A stretch of DNA of 64,000 bases, taken from assembly GCA_049523135.1 (NCBI GenBank), contig JBEKNE010000001.1:542809-606808 (forward strand). Reading direction: 5' to 3'. The stretch is from Candidatus Microgenomates bacterium. GTDB lineage: Bacteria > Patescibacteriota > Microgenomatia > UBA8517. How positions within the stretch are numbered: position 1 is the first letter of the stretch; the number at the start of each line of letters is the position of its first letter. Position numbers and translations under genes: made by a program. Below the pieces are notes generated by a model, which was not told the DNA's origin, ran no database searches, and was given only the letters and a program-made list of their open reading frames with translations. This document shows, piece after piece, positions 44,353 to 54,769 of the stretch.

Positions 44353-46779
44353 TCAGGGGGCTACTTCGCGCCAAACGGAGGGCTTATTGGCGAGACTTGT
44401 AGGGAACATCAGCTCAATATCAGGAGCATACTCAAAAAGTTCGGAAGGGTTCGAATTGTCGGCCAATTCTCTTTGAAGATTTACTCCCCCGTAAGCTGCC
44501 ACACTCCCTCTTATCCAAAGTTCGGAATCAGTTTTTGTTCCACCTGTTCCCGTATTAAAAGTTCCATCAGCAACATAAACTCCCTCAAGGTTTGCCGTCG
44601 CTCCCCCGCCAACACTCGGATCTATATTAATATTTCCACTGGTTACTCCAAGGAAAAATCCTGCACCTTTTGTAAAATTAATATTTCCGGCAATATTTAA
44701 ATCTGCCCCGTTAACTATCAAGATAACTTTCCTGTCACCAAGACTTACATTAGAAGAGATGGTCAATGGAAGTCCTGTTTTGGTTCCGTCATATTCATAA
44801 TAATAGTAACCCCTATCGAGTATTCCCCCGCTTGTAAAGAAACTGCCGTCAACTGATGCGTTAGTGACATTCGCATTATCATTTAATACGGTAGCTACAT
44901 CAGACGGGACCGCATTCAAAAAATAAGTTGAGTTATATAATCTTGAAGCAGAATAAGGAGAATTTGCCAACCAACCAAACGGCGGATTAGTGGATACATC
45001 CGTTGTTTTTAAATCAGTGCTTCCGGCGTACATCGGAACTCCCGGGTATCCCCCATTTCCGGGAAGATCAAAAAAATCTCCACTTGAAACACCTGTTAAC
45101 AAATCTCCGTTTGTTGTCACATCCCCATCCTTTGCCTGCCAGTGAGGACCGGCAGTAATAGTCGTATAGGGTATTGTAGACGAACACAAGTAAGTACCGT
45201 TTTGTGTCACAGTAGAACTAATCTTGTTGGAACCTGCGGAATATGCTGTGACCGTAGTAGCATTTAACGTACTCGCAGAAATTACCGGAGAAATTTCATA
45301 AGTCATAAGACTATAAACATTACTAGCATCCCAACTAAATGGAACATTCATACTTGTTCCAACTTCAGAATCGGCCGTGTTTGAATTTCTATCTTCAACC
45401 GCTATTAAACCGGATGTCCTTGCATTGGCATACGCAACATTGGTAAATCCGCTTCCAAAAGTAACATGCGGGTTTAGAGCAACACCCAAACTGCCAACAA
45501 TTAAAGAACCTGAATAACTCGGAGTAACATCTCCGGTAACGCTTTTGCCGGATCCTGTCGTTGAGACAAGATTCAGGATTCCATTGACACTGGCTGCATT
45601 GGAATATGCCACAACGCCAATTGCGGCATGCCCGCTTGATGAAAGCGTTGCGGTAATAACTTCATTTGAGAGAGTCCCTGTTGAATAGGCATACCATAGT
45701 TCAAGATTTTCCGACGTACCTGCTGTTTGAGCACTGAGTTTGATCCAATTAAGACCGGATGACGTAACAGAACTTACAGTCCTGGTACTTGAATCCGTCG
45801 ATATGCTTGCCACCAAAAGATCATTACCATTGCTTGTCGAAATAGTGGTACTCACCGTGGTACCCCCATAACTATTTCCACCGTCGGCTGAAGCATCAAG
45901 AGATACTGGAGTATTGAAATTTTGTGTAACGGCAGGATTGAAAGAAACTGAGTTTCCTTCATCCGCATATGTCACTGTTGCACCTGTTAATCCACCGGTT
46001 AAGGTTTCCAACTGTGCTGATTGCCCGGCCACCAAATTGAGGCTCGCAGGACTTATATTGCAAGAGGAAAGGGCAGGAACCATTGCATACTTATTGCAAC
46101 TATTGTTATTAAAGCTAACAACCGACCAATAGTAAAGAGTATTGGGAGTAAGAACGTTACCGGTTGTATAAGAAGTTGCTGTTTTTGAAAGTTTCGCATT
46201 TACCACACAACTATTCGAACTGGAGCAGTTATTAAGAACCTGGTTTATATCGGTTCCTACATAAACATATTGATTGCCACTCACAGATCCCGGTGTCCAT
46301 GTGACCGTAGCATTTGTGGAAGAAATCGGAGTTACAAGTAAATTTTTGGCTGCGGAGGCCGAACAACAAGCCGCCGCACAATTGGAGGTACTCTTACAAC
46401 CGCAGGAACAACACGTCGCACTATCACAACAATTCTGTGAACCACAATTATTACTTTCTCCCGCGGGGGGGGTACATTGGGTACTTCCGTTACCTGTGCA
46501 CCGAGAAGTACAAGAATATACATGAAACCAACAATAATCACCTTTTGAATCGCTACCATACCCATCTACAGAAACACCTGCACTTCCACCTGTTATATTG
46601 ATACACCGTTCTTGACAGTTAAGACTATAACAATAAAATGAAGGATCATTTTTATAGCACTTAGTATCAGGAAGATATGCGGTACAACCTGCGTATATTA
46701 CTTTAGGAACAAACAAAAAGATAAAGCCCAAAAAAACGAAGAAAAAAGTAAAACTACCTTTAAACCAAATTTTCCTCAT
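44353..46779 (-). CDS. Large secreted adhesin-like protein
   Basis: Signal peptide, Cys-rich N-domain, FN3-like domain (TVTWTP..LTPNTLYYWSV), S/T-rich beta domains, C-terminal beta-rich domain ending WREVAP. Confidence 0.8.
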   Translation of the reverse strand: MRKIWFKGSFTFFFVFLGFIFLFVPKVIYAGCTAYLPDTKCYKNDPSFYCYSLNCQERCINITGGSAGVSVDGYGSDSKGDYCWFHVYSCTSRCTGNGSTQCTPPAGESNNCGSQNCCDSATCCSCGCKSTSNCAAACCSASAAKNLLVTPISSTNATVTWTPGSVSGNQYVYVGTDINQVLNNCSSSNSCVVNAKLSKTATSYTTGNVLTPNTLYYWSVVSFNNNSCNKYAMVPALSSCNISPASLNLVAGQSAQLETLTGGLTGATVTYADEGNSVSFNPAVTQNFNTPVSLDASADGGNSYGGTTVSTTISTSNGNDLLVASISTDSSTRTVSSVTSSGLNWIKLSAQTAGTSENLELWYAYSTGTLSNEVITATLSSSGHAAIGVVAYSNAASVNGILNLVSTTGSGKSVTGDVTPSYSGSLIVGSLGVALNPHVTFGSGFTNVAYANARTSGLIAVEDRNSNTADSEVGTSMNVPFSWDASNVYSLMTYEISPVISASTLNATTVTAYSAGSNKISSTVTQNGTYLCSSTIPYTTITAGPHWQAKDGDVTTNGDLLTGVSSGDFFDLPGNGGYPGVPMYAGSTDLKTTDVSTNPPFGWLANSPYSASRLYNSTYFLNAVPSDVATVLNDNANVTNASVDGSFFTSGGILDRGYYYYEYDGTKTGLPLTISSNVSLGDRKVILIVNGADLNIAGNINFTKGAGFFLGVTSGNINIDPSVGGGATANLEGVYVADGTFNTGTGGTKTDSELWIRGSVAAYGGVNLQRELADNSNPSELFEYAPDIELMFPTSLANKPSVWREVAP

Positions 46780-46837
46780 AATCTAAACTAATACCATTAT
46801 GCAAAAGGATCATGAATAACACAATACCAACTATTAA

Positions 46838-47848
46838 TTATGGATTTACAATCGTCGGGGCTGAAGTTGGTGTTGCAGTATTATAACCTTGACTTTCACT
46901 TATAAAAGTTTGAGCATCAACATCAATATAAATAGAGGAGTATTTTTTATCGGGTGTTTCGAAAGTTAATAATGTTCCACCTTTGACGCCACCCACATAA
47001 TCAATAGAAACACTAAAGAAATCCTTATCTGATGAAGGAGGATCGATCTCCGTACCTGGTGCCCAACCAACAATTTTTTTAACACCAGCATAGTAACTAT
47101 AGGCATCTTTAGTTTTAAGCCATGCGTCCATACCTTCAAGATTATTCCTGTCAATATTCTTCCAGAGAGAATTTTTGGCCATGTAGTCCAAAGCTTCCTG
47201 AGTTGTATCAAACTTATCTACTGTAAAAGTTCCACCATCTGTTAGTGGTAGATCAATTGTTTCCTGAGGCTTCTCGGTTGGAGTGGAAGTTTCTGTTGGA
47301 GTTAAAGTTTTTGTTGGGGTAAATGTAGTTTCAGGAGTACGGGTAAGCGTTGGGGAAGAAATAGGGGTATGAGTTACTTCTGTGATAGCAGGAGAAGTTG
47401 CCGTAAATTCATAATTTTGTCCGGTATTTCTTTCTCCATTACAACTTGCAGCAAGGGTAGCAACAAGGCCGGCTGTAACAACTGCTTTGGCAAGACGTCC
47501 CTCTTTGGTTTGGAGATATCGGGCAAGTCCCAGAAAGTTTTCTTTTAGTCCTTCCGCATATTCTTGCAGTTTTGCTAAAAGGTGAGAATAATTTTGAGTA
47601 ACCGCTTCTAAATTTACTGCTGCCGCAAGGAACGGATCCCCAAGAGTTCTCCCTCCAAAGTTTACTATTTCAACCTGAGAAGCGGCACTTCTTAGCTCTT
47701 TTTCATTTCCTATCGGGCCAGCATTAAGGCTTGGAACACCGTGCTCTCTGGCAAATCTGTGAACAAAATCAGGGCTTAGCTTATCTTCAAAGCTAATAAC
47801 CTGAGTGCTTTCTAAATTCAAACTATCTACTTCCATTTCTACTCCCAT
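46838..47848 (-). CDS. Hypothetical membrane-anchored protein with Thr/Pro stalk
   Basis: Internal hydrophobic segment ending LAASC, then TPT repeats. Confidence 0.7.
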   Translation of the reverse strand: MGVEMEVDSLNLESTQVISFEDKLSPDFVHRFAREHGVPSLNAGPIGNEKELRSAASQVEIVNFGGRTLGDPFLAAAVNLEAVTQNYSHLLAKLQEYAEGLKENFLGLARYLQTKEGRLAKAVVTAGLVATLAASCNGERNTGQNYEFTATSPAITEVTHTPISSPTLTRTPETTFTPTKTLTPTETSTPTEKPQETIDLPLTDGGTFTVDKFDTTQEALDYMAKNSLWKNIDRNNLEGMDAWLKTKDAYSYYAGVKKIVGWAPGTEIDPPSSDKDFFSVSIDYVGGVKGGTLLTFETPDKKYSSIYIDVDAQTFISESQGYNTATPTSAPTIVNP

Positions 47849-47975
47849 ATTAGTAGATCAGATAGAACGAAACAATAGCTATAACTTGCAATATTATATA
47901 GCCGGAAGCAAAAACTTTCACAAAAATATCCAAACACTTGACATCCACATTAAAAAAGATCGATAATAATTTGCT

Positions 47976-48389
47976 GTGGCAAAGTATTCTTCTAAAGTTA
48001 ACGGTTTGGGTTTAGTGTTAATAGTTTTTCTATTTTTGGGACTGGTTGTCGCCTCCTATCTTTTGAGTACGGGCAAATTGGCACTGTTTAGATCCGGTGC
48101 ATCATCTATGTTTCTGGCTACCCCAAAACCTACTCCAAAACCAACTCCTAAACCTACTCCAAAACCAACTCCAACTCAAAAACCAAAATTCACTTGTTGG
48201 CTTCTTGCAGGTGAATGGAAAACATATAAAGGAGATTCACTTTATTACCCCTACCGATGTACTGAATCATGTACTACCAATTCCAGTACTCAGAGTTATG
48301 GTGTGGCAGTTGATTATAGAGGTACAGATGCAAAAGGTAGTTTTTGTCAATCCCATTTATATGCATGTAATGCTGCCTGTAACCGTTAA
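47976..48389 (+). CDS. Small membrane-anchored protein with (PTPK)n stalk and Cys-rich head
   Basis: N-terminal TM, TPKPTPKPTPKPTPKPTP, six-Cys C-domain. Confidence 0.75.
   Translation: MAKYSSKVNGLGLVLIVFLFLGLVVASYLLSTGKLALFRSGASSMFLATPKPTPKPTPKPTPKPTPTQKPKFTCWLLAGEWKTYKGDSLYYPYRCTESCTTNSSTQSYGVAVDYRGTDAKGSFCQSHLYACNAACNR
48120..48173 (+). repeat. Degenerate 12-bp coding tandem repeat (TPKP x4)
   Basis: accccaaaacct actccaaaacca actcctaaacct actccaaaacca actcca. Confidence 0.85.
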
Positions 48390-48515
48390 TTATCATCGAT
48401 ATTGCCCGCAAAGGATGTAATGTGTTTGCCTCTGGCTAAAGACCTCATTCAAAATTAAATATTCTCGCAGTTCAATTTATGCTACTATATAATTAGATAG
48501 CAAAATTTCTGCAAA

Positions 48516-49022
48516 ATGGAAGAAGCTACAAATAAAAGAAGTGGAATAATTTTTTGGGCACTGGGAATATTTTTTGTGGTTGCGCTAGTTACGGTTGTGA
48601 TACTTACCTATGACTATACAATCACTCAAATAGCTTGCGGAAAGTCCGCCGCCAACCCCCTATTGATAGTTAACACTTCGGACCTTCCGGCGTCCTATTT
48701 TAGAGAAAATTACAGCTTTAATATTAAATCTACGCTAGTTGGAGCAAGAACTAATTTAACGGCTACTTTCTCAGGCACACCGGAAGGATTGAAAATTGAT
48801 CCCTGTACACTTTCATATAACTCTGATGTCGCTCCTACTCCCAATACTACAATAAGCTGTACTCTAGAAGGACAAGCAACTGTTATATACACATCCGGAT
48901 TTAAAATTACGGGCATATTTTCCGCCCCGGATTTAAAGAAAACCATACAAAAAGATTTTAATTTAGTAGTTACCAAAGACCCATTAGACGCCACAAATCA
49001 ACCAAACCTATATCCTAACTAA
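48516..49022 (+). CDS. Membrane-anchored Ig-like domain protein
   Basis: N-terminal TM; TSDLP..Y..I..SGTPEGLKI resembles a putative Ig (He_PIG) domain. Confidence 0.6.
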   Translation: MEEATNKRSGIIFWALGIFFVVALVTVVILTYDYTITQIACGKSAANPLLIVNTSDLPASYFRENYSFNIKSTLVGARTNLTATFSGTPEGLKIDPCTLSYNSDVAPTPNTTISCTLEGQATVIYTSGFKITGIFSAPDLKKTIQKDFNLVVTKDPLDATNQPNLYPN

Positions 49023-49071
49023 ACCCTCTTGACAACGTCCCCTGCCAACTTATACTCAATAGAAGTTAAAT

Positions 49072-49764
49072 ATGGATACTTCTCCTGCTCAAAAAGCCAT
49101 CAGTTTTGCTCTTTCGGGAAATTGGGAAGAAGCGATAAAGGCAAATCTTGAAATACTAAAAGGAAATCCCGAAGATACCGAAGCCCTTTGCAGACTTGCC
49201 AGAGCCTACACGGAAACCGGAAAAATTCCCCAAGCCCGCACTACAACCAAAAAAGTTTTAGCACTTGATCCGGTTAATCCAATTGCCATAAAGTTTCTGG
49301 AAAAACTGAAAACCGCAAAAGCAGGTAAAAACGCCGTAATTAATCATACTTCTCCGGAATCTTTCTTGGAAGAACCCGGCAAAACAAAGCTTATTTCGCT
49401 TCTAAACTTAGGGGAAAGCAAAAACTTTGCCGGTTTGGACCCGGGAGAAGAAGTAAAACTAGTCCCCTACTCCCATAAAGTTACTATTGATACTATTGAC
49501 GGAAAATACATAGGTCGGCTTCCTGACGATATTGCGGCAAGGCTTAAAAATTTGATAAAAGAAGGAAATAAATATCAGGTATTTATAAAGTCGGTAACTC
49601 CAAAAGAAGTGACAATTTTTGTCAGGGAGGTAGAAAGAGGACCAAAAGCCACCGACATTTCTTCTTTCCCGACGGAAAAAATCGAATATGTTTCCTTTAC
49701 TCCGCCGGAGTTGGTGCATGATAGGCCTCCTATCACAGAAACCGGAGAAGAAACCCCTGATTAA
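49072..49764 (+). CDS. Tetratricopeptide repeat protein
   Basis: WEEAIKAN..PEDTEALCRLARAY..VLALDPVN; C-terminal HIRAN-like YIGRLP. Confidence 0.8.
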   Translation: MDTSPAQKAISFALSGNWEEAIKANLEILKGNPEDTEALCRLARAYTETGKIPQARTTTKKVLALDPVNPIAIKFLEKLKTAKAGKNAVINHTSPESFLEEPGKTKLISLLNLGESKNFAGLDPGEEVKLVPYSHKVTIDTIDGKYIGRLPDDIAARLKNLIKEGNKYQVFIKSVTPKEVTIFVREVERGPKATDISSFPTEKIEYVSFTPPELVHDRPPITETGEETPD

Positions 49765-50693
49765 AATCTCTTTGCAAAGGCGGCGCCAAGGTGGATATCC
49801 AAATCAAAGTTGCTACTCCCCCTTCCGCCGTCTTTACAGCCAAAAAGTTCGAAAATCTTTTTCATAACTTTGGGGTTATCCCCATAAGCAGTACAATCAC
49901 TATCCTCAGCTACTGTTTTTTTATCAACCGAAACAACCTTGCCTCCAAGCACCTGTAAAATTTGACCAACCGTATCTGAAACTCCCGGGCTTCCCGTTGC
50001 ATCCTCAATGTTTACTCTCAAGTTTCCGTCGCCAAAACTATCATCCGAAAAATAAGATGTAAGACGCTGGGATATCGGACCCGATAATACATAACCCGAC
50101 TGTCCATCAGTTAAAATTTCTTTTTTCAAAAAATCACTCTTACCAAGATTAATTATGCTTCTGCCAAAGTCCTGAATCTTGGCAGCAAAAATTCCCATTG
50201 AAAGCCTGTCGCCAAAAGTTATATTAGTTAGTCCCGGTACAAAAACAAAATGTATGATTCCGGACAAGTTTCCCGTAGAAAGACTACTCGCACTCTCATC
50301 GCACCACAAAAATGAAGGGAACAGAAAATCCTGAGTTACGGTTTCGGGAAGAAGAACCCCGCCGATTTTTTCATTTATCCCAAGCTGCCAAAGATTTTTA
50401 ATTCTCATTGTGCCGTAATTTCTGGCAACATCCGTTTCGGTATCACCCGGAATAATTAAAGTGGTAACCTCGGAAAGACCGGGATCCAGGACAGTTACCC
50501 CGACATCCCCGTTTCCTTCTCTAAATGCAATTGCGGTCTTATCCTGACCATTCCAAACTTTAGTACTTGCTTTCAAAAATAAGAGGACTGCCAAAATTAT
50601 GGCAATAGGGATTAAGATCCTGAAAAACGGAAAACCGGTTTTTGCGGTTTTGTTTTTCCTTTCAATAAAAGCAGTCCTGCGGGCAGATTTCAT
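49761..50693 (-). CDS. LCP/LytR-like envelope protein
   Basis: N-terminal TM, LIIPGDT, C-terminal RVNIEDATGSPG..IHLG (LytR_C-like). Confidence 0.6.
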   Translation of the reverse strand: MKSARRTAFIERKNKTAKTGFPFFRILIPIAIILAVLLFLKASTKVWNGQDKTAIAFREGNGDVGVTVLDPGLSEVTTLIIPGDTETDVARNYGTMRIKNLWQLGINEKIGGVLLPETVTQDFLFPSFLWCDESASSLSTGNLSGIIHFVFVPGLTNITFGDRLSMGIFAAKIQDFGRSIINLGKSDFLKKEILTDGQSGYVLSGPISQRLTSYFSDDSFGDGNLRVNIEDATGSPGVSDTVGQILQVLGGKVVSVDKKTVAEDSDCTAYGDNPKVMKKIFELFGCKDGGRGSSNFDLDIHLGAAFAKRF

Positions 50694-50706
50694 ATTTATT
50701 TAAGAA

Positions 50707-52395
50707 TTATTTACTCCTCGAAAGACGCAAACTTTTGGTAACGGCGGAAATATCTTCATTCGATTTCCCCATCGAACCCAAAACACTTCTGACTATGGCC
50801 AGAGCAGCTTCAAATTCGGGCTGAACTACTTTATCAACCTGTAAATCTTTTAATTTATCCCAATCGCTATCCAGATGGGCTCTCGAAATAATTTTTGTAG
50901 CGGGAGCAACCGTCTGAACATATGCAATTAAAGTTTCTTGAGCAATCCTATCGGGAATTGCCAAAATTATGGCCTTGGAATTCCTGATTCCGACAGCTTC
51001 CAACACTTCCGGCTCGGTCGGATCACCATATAAAACAGGAGTTCCGTTTCTTTTTAATTCCTGTACAACATTTTGATTATAGTCAACGACAACAAAAGGA
51101 ATTTCAAAAGTTTGAAAAGCTCTTCCTATCCACTTTCCCATCCTGCCGTAACCACAAATAATAATGTGGTCTTTAAGTTCCTCCGTTCCGGCTTCGTGAT
51201 GCTCACCCGCCGAAAAAATGTGTGCAAGGGCCGGAACACCCGAGGTGACATTCCTTATTTTTCTCCAAAAAGGAAGAACAGAATTATAAAGAATCGGAGA
51301 AATAATTAAGGTCAAAAGTGTTACCGAAATACCGATTGATGTTTCTTCTTTTCCCAAAATTCCAAGAGCAAGAGCCGAAGAAAAAATTACAAAAGCAAAT
51401 TCCCCGACCTGAACAAGACCAAAACTGACGGAAACTGCAGTTCTGCCTTTATATCCAAAAAGCGAACTTATGATAAAAACTATTACCGCCTTCAAAAGTA
51501 TAACTATCAAGGTCAAAACAATAATTAATCCGAGATTGGAAATAATCACTGAAGGACTAACCAAAAACCCCAAAGTTACAAAGAAAAGAGCAACAAAAAG
51601 ATCTCTCAAAGGACGCGTTTCCGCAAAAACTGCGTGATTTTCTTGACTTTCGGAAATTACAATTCCGGCCAGAAATGCTCCCAAAGCCGGTGAAATTCCA
51701 AAAAGAGAAGTTATCGTGGCAGTTCCTAGCGCCATAGCAATGGAAGCCAAAAGCAGGAGTTCTCGGGAGTTTGTTCCCGCCAGAAGATGAATAAAGTAAG
51801 GAACTACAATTTTTGCCAAAATTACGGTTCCGACAATTACCAGTGCGGCTTTAGCCAAAGAAAGAAGAATTGGAGCAATTATTCCTACTGGTAAATTAAC
51901 CGCAAGTATGGGCAAAACAACCATTATGGGGATGACCGCAAGATCCTGAACCAGAGACCAGCCAAGCATTATTTCTCCATGAATTGTGTCGGTTTCTCCC
52001 TTGTCCCCCAAAATTTTTACCAAAACCGCTGTTGAAGAAACGGAAAAACCGATTGACAGAATTATTGCAGGAAGAGATGAAAAACCCAACCCGTGAAGAA
52101 TAAAGTAACCGACAAAACTAAAAAGCACCATCTGGAGGATGGCACCAAAGACTGAAACACTTAAATACTTGGAAAGTTTTTCAAAAGACAGTTCCAGTCC
52201 GACTGAAAAAAGCAGCAAGATTATTCCTATCTGTGCCAAGCCGGATACTTCTTTAAATGACGGCGGAAGAATGGCTCCAACCACAATACCCACAACAATG
52301 TAGCCAACCAAACTCGGGAGTTTTAGAGCTTTGGAGAGAAGTCCTCCAAGACAAGCCGCAACGACAACAAAGAAAAGTCCCAAAACTAGTTCCAT
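50707..52395 (-). CDS. CPA2-family cation:proton antiporter with TrkA-N domain (KefC/YbaL-like)
   Basis: LLLFSVGLE, SSTAV, VQDLA, LGAFLAG, QVGEFAF, IICGYGRMG, YGDPT. Confidence 0.93.
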   Translation of the reverse strand: MELVLGLFFVVVAACLGGLLSKALKLPSLVGYIVVGIVVGAILPPSFKEVSGLAQIGIILLLFSVGLELSFEKLSKYLSVSVFGAILQMVLFSFVGYFILHGLGFSSLPAIILSIGFSVSSTAVLVKILGDKGETDTIHGEIMLGWSLVQDLAVIPIMVVLPILAVNLPVGIIAPILLSLAKAALVIVGTVILAKIVVPYFIHLLAGTNSRELLLLASIAMALGTATITSLFGISPALGAFLAGIVISESQENHAVFAETRPLRDLFVALFFVTLGFLVSPSVIISNLGLIIVLTLIVILLKAVIVFIISSLFGYKGRTAVSVSFGLVQVGEFAFVIFSSALALGILGKEETSIGISVTLLTLIISPILYNSVLPFWRKIRNVTSGVPALAHIFSAGEHHEAGTEELKDHIIICGYGRMGKWIGRAFQTFEIPFVVVDYNQNVVQELKRNGTPVLYGDPTEPEVLEAVGIRNSKAIILAIPDRIAQETLIAYVQTVAPATKIISRAHLDSDWDKLKDLQVDKVVQPEFEAALAIVRSVLGSMGKSNEDISAVTKSLRLSRSK

Positions 52396-52449
52396 GGTAA
52401 ATTCAGTTTAGAATCTATACATCCTCGTGTAAAGTGGATGTGAAAGAAA

Positions 52450-53157
52450 TTATTTTAGAGGCAATTTATCTAAGACCAACCGTAAATCGTTTGGAAGCTC
52501 CGAAGAATATTTAACTCCCTTCCCCGTTTCAGGATGAATAAATTTGATTGATGCAGCATGCAAGAAAAGCCTTGGGCACCATTTTCTGTCATTTCTGGCA
52601 GTCTTTCTTCCCGCGTAAAACTCATCGGCAACTATCGCGTGACCGATATATTTCGCATGAATTCTAATCTGGTGAGTTCTACCTGTCTTTGGGTAAAATT
52701 CAACTAGGGAGTGTCCGGCATTATTCCCGGGATAGAAATTAAGAACTTTATAAAGCGACTTTGATTCACGCCCACCGGCGAAAACCCCAAACCTATCGCG
52801 CCGCCAAGGAAGGCGTCCGACGGTCACATTAATTTCCCCTTCGGTTGGCTCAACTTTGCCGTGAAGAAGTGCTATATAGGTTTTTTCCACTTCGCGGTTT
52901 TTAAACTCAAGCTGAAGCTTCTCAAAAGCTTCCTTTGTTTTGGCAATAAGAAGAATTCCGCTCGTTTCTTTATCAAGCCTGTGAACTATTCCGTCACGGT
53001 ATTCACTATTCCCCTTCAAGAGATAATCAAAATTCTCACGGATCCAAGTCTGGACGGTTGGTTGGTCTTTGATAGTATCCGCATCATTAGTAATCCAGCC
53101 ACTGGGTTTATCGACAACAAAGAAAGAGTCATCTTGAAAGATAATTTTAGGTTCCAT
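52450..53157 (-). CDS. RluA-family pseudouridine synthase
   Basis: VVDKPSG, HRLDKETSG, TGRTHQIRIH, LFLHA. Confidence 0.95.
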   Translation of the reverse strand: MEPKIIFQDDSFFVVDKPSGWITNDADTIKDQPTVQTWIRENFDYLLKGNSEYRDGIVHRLDKETSGILLIAKTKEAFEKLQLEFKNREVEKTYIALLHGKVEPTEGEINVTVGRLPWRRDRFGVFAGGRESKSLYKVLNFYPGNNAGHSLVEFYPKTGRTHQIRIHAKYIGHAIVADEFYAGRKTARNDRKWCPRLFLHAASIKFIHPETGKGVKYSSELPNDLRLVLDKLPLK

Positions 53158-53253
53158 AAAGACATTAAATATCCAAATAAGCAAATATGCAAATGCCACA
53201 AATAAATTCCAAATAATCAAGGATCGGGTTATTCGCAGAATTGTTTATTGAAG

Positions 53254-53634
53254 CTATTTTTCTCGTTTAGCCGCATCCCTTGCACAAAGAGTTGCCGTGG
53301 GGTTGGCAATAAGGCGTTCCGTATCAATCATCTTTCCACATTCTTCACAAATTCCATATTTTCCAAGTTTAATTTGAGTTAAAGCTTTTCTGATATCAAT
53401 AATACTTCTCGTAAGTTCTTTTCTAAGAGCCGAGGTTCTGGCATGACCGAATTGCTCATCCGCTTCGGTATCCGGAGCCGCATTGTCATCTACACGACTT
53501 GTATCGGCAAAGGGATCTTCTTTTGAAAGTTCTTTTCTCCTTTTTTCCAGAGTATGGAGTCTTGCCGTTAAAAAGTTGGCAACGGGCTGCAGGACACTTG
53601 CCGGAAATGCCGGTGTTGATTTTTTGTCTTTCAT
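53254..53634 (-). CDS. TraR/DksA family protein
   Basis: Coiled coil with acidic tip, GKYGICEECGKMIDTERL..PTATLCARD. Confidence 0.88.
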   Translation of the reverse strand: MKDKKSTPAFPASVLQPVANFLTARLHTLEKRRKELSKEDPFADTSRVDDNAAPDTEADEQFGHARTSALRKELTRSIIDIRKALTQIKLGKYGICEECGKMIDTERLIANPTATLCARDAAKREK

Positions 53635-54233
53635 TTTTTAATTCTCCCTAAATCAAAAAGCAGTAGAAAACAGATAAAAGCCATTACCCCTGAGACGATG
53701 GCTTCGCTTTTACCTACAAAGGATATCATAGGGACTTGTGTAGTAGCAAGGACAGATCTGATCAAAAATATAATCGCCGTAGTGGATAATCCCGCAAAGC
53801 CCACCTTGCCTGAACGATACCAAGTAAAACTTCTATAGTGCATATCAAGCCAGTAGGAAAGAAAAAGCATTAAAAGCATTGCGGCAAAAGCCAAAAAGGA
53901 AATTAAAGACGAATTTACCACTGCGTCGCTAAAAAACATTAAGGCGAGAATGGGCATCAGAGCCAAGGTAAGTGCCTCCAAAGTTTCATAAAATTTCAAT
54001 TTAAATTTCAAAAGCATCAGAAGCATCCCGATAACGGCACCCAAGAAAGATGTCCAGAAAAACCAGTTAGGGAAAAACATTCTGGACAATATCCACCCCA
54101 TTCCTAAACCAATTAGTATTGCTGCACCCGACTGGAAAATAATCCCGGATGAAAAATCTTCCTTAAGACGCTTCCAGAAAATGAAAAGAAATATAAGAAT
54201 TCCTAAGATAACAACCAAAATGTTGACTAGCAT
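53631..54233 (-). CDS. Polytopic membrane protein, distantly Lgt-like
   Basis: About 7 TM helices; TATAAT 6 nt upstream; canonical Lgt motifs not evident. Confidence 0.55.
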   Translation of the reverse strand: MLVNILVVILGILIFLFIFWKRLKEDFSSGIIFQSGAAILIGLGMGWILSRMFFPNWFFWTSFLGAVIGMLLMLLKFKLKFYETLEALTLALMPILALMFFSDAVVNSSLISFLAFAAMLLMLFLSYWLDMHYRSFTWYRSGKVGFAGLSTTAIIFLIRSVLATTQVPMISFVGKSEAIVSGVMAFICFLLLFDLGRIKK

Positions 54234-54260
54234 AAGGTTATTATATAACATGTTTTCACA

Positions 54261-54731
54261 ATGCTTGAAACACCCCATGTGTTTGTCGGCGCTGCGATTG
54301 CAGTAGCAATCCCCAATCCTCTCATTGCAGTCCCGTTGGCTTTCGCCAGCCATTTTATTCTTGAAATGGTTCCTCATTGGAATCCGCATCTCAATACCGA
54401 AACCAAAAAATTCGGCCAACCGACCAGAAGAAGTACTTTTATTACTACAGTTGATTCAACTTTAGCCCTAGCCTCCGGGTCTTTTATTGCCTATCAAGCA
54501 CTTCCCGATATCCCGCACGCAATAACAATTTTAGTTTGTTGCTTTGCCTCGGTACTTCCCGATGTTATGGAGGGACCATACTTTTTCCTACATATGAAGA
54601 ATGGTTTTATTAAAAAGTGGATTGCATTCCAAAAGTCCGTTCAAAGCGATACGGGACCGGTCTTGGGACTTCTAACCCAAGCTTTAGTTATTTTAGCAGC
54701 CATTCTTTGGCTGAAAAATCAAATAATCTAG
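54261..54731 (+). CDS. Membrane protein, putative metal-dependent hydrolase (YdjM-like)
   Basis: TPH, ASHFILE..PHW, VLPD motifs in a hydrophobic protein. Confidence 0.6.
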   Translation: MLETPHVFVGAAIAVAIPNPLIAVPLAFASHFILEMVPHWNPHLNTETKKFGQPTRRSTFITTVDSTLALASGSFIAYQALPDIPHAITILVCCFASVLPDVMEGPYFFLHMKNGFIKKWIAFQKSVQSDTGPVLGLLTQALVILAAILWLKNQII

Positions 54732-54769
54732 CTTCATTTGTGTTAAAATAACGAAGTCTATTATAACAA

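Noticed and set aside
35791-48433. Exact 15-bp direct repeat AATGTGTTTGCCTCT at 35791-35805 and 48419-48433, as possible att sites around the xer-containing segment
   Set aside because: A few 15-mer matches are expected by chance in 64 kb, and the enclosed DNA includes core genes (metK, yebC). Worth revisiting only if comparative data show a boundary here.
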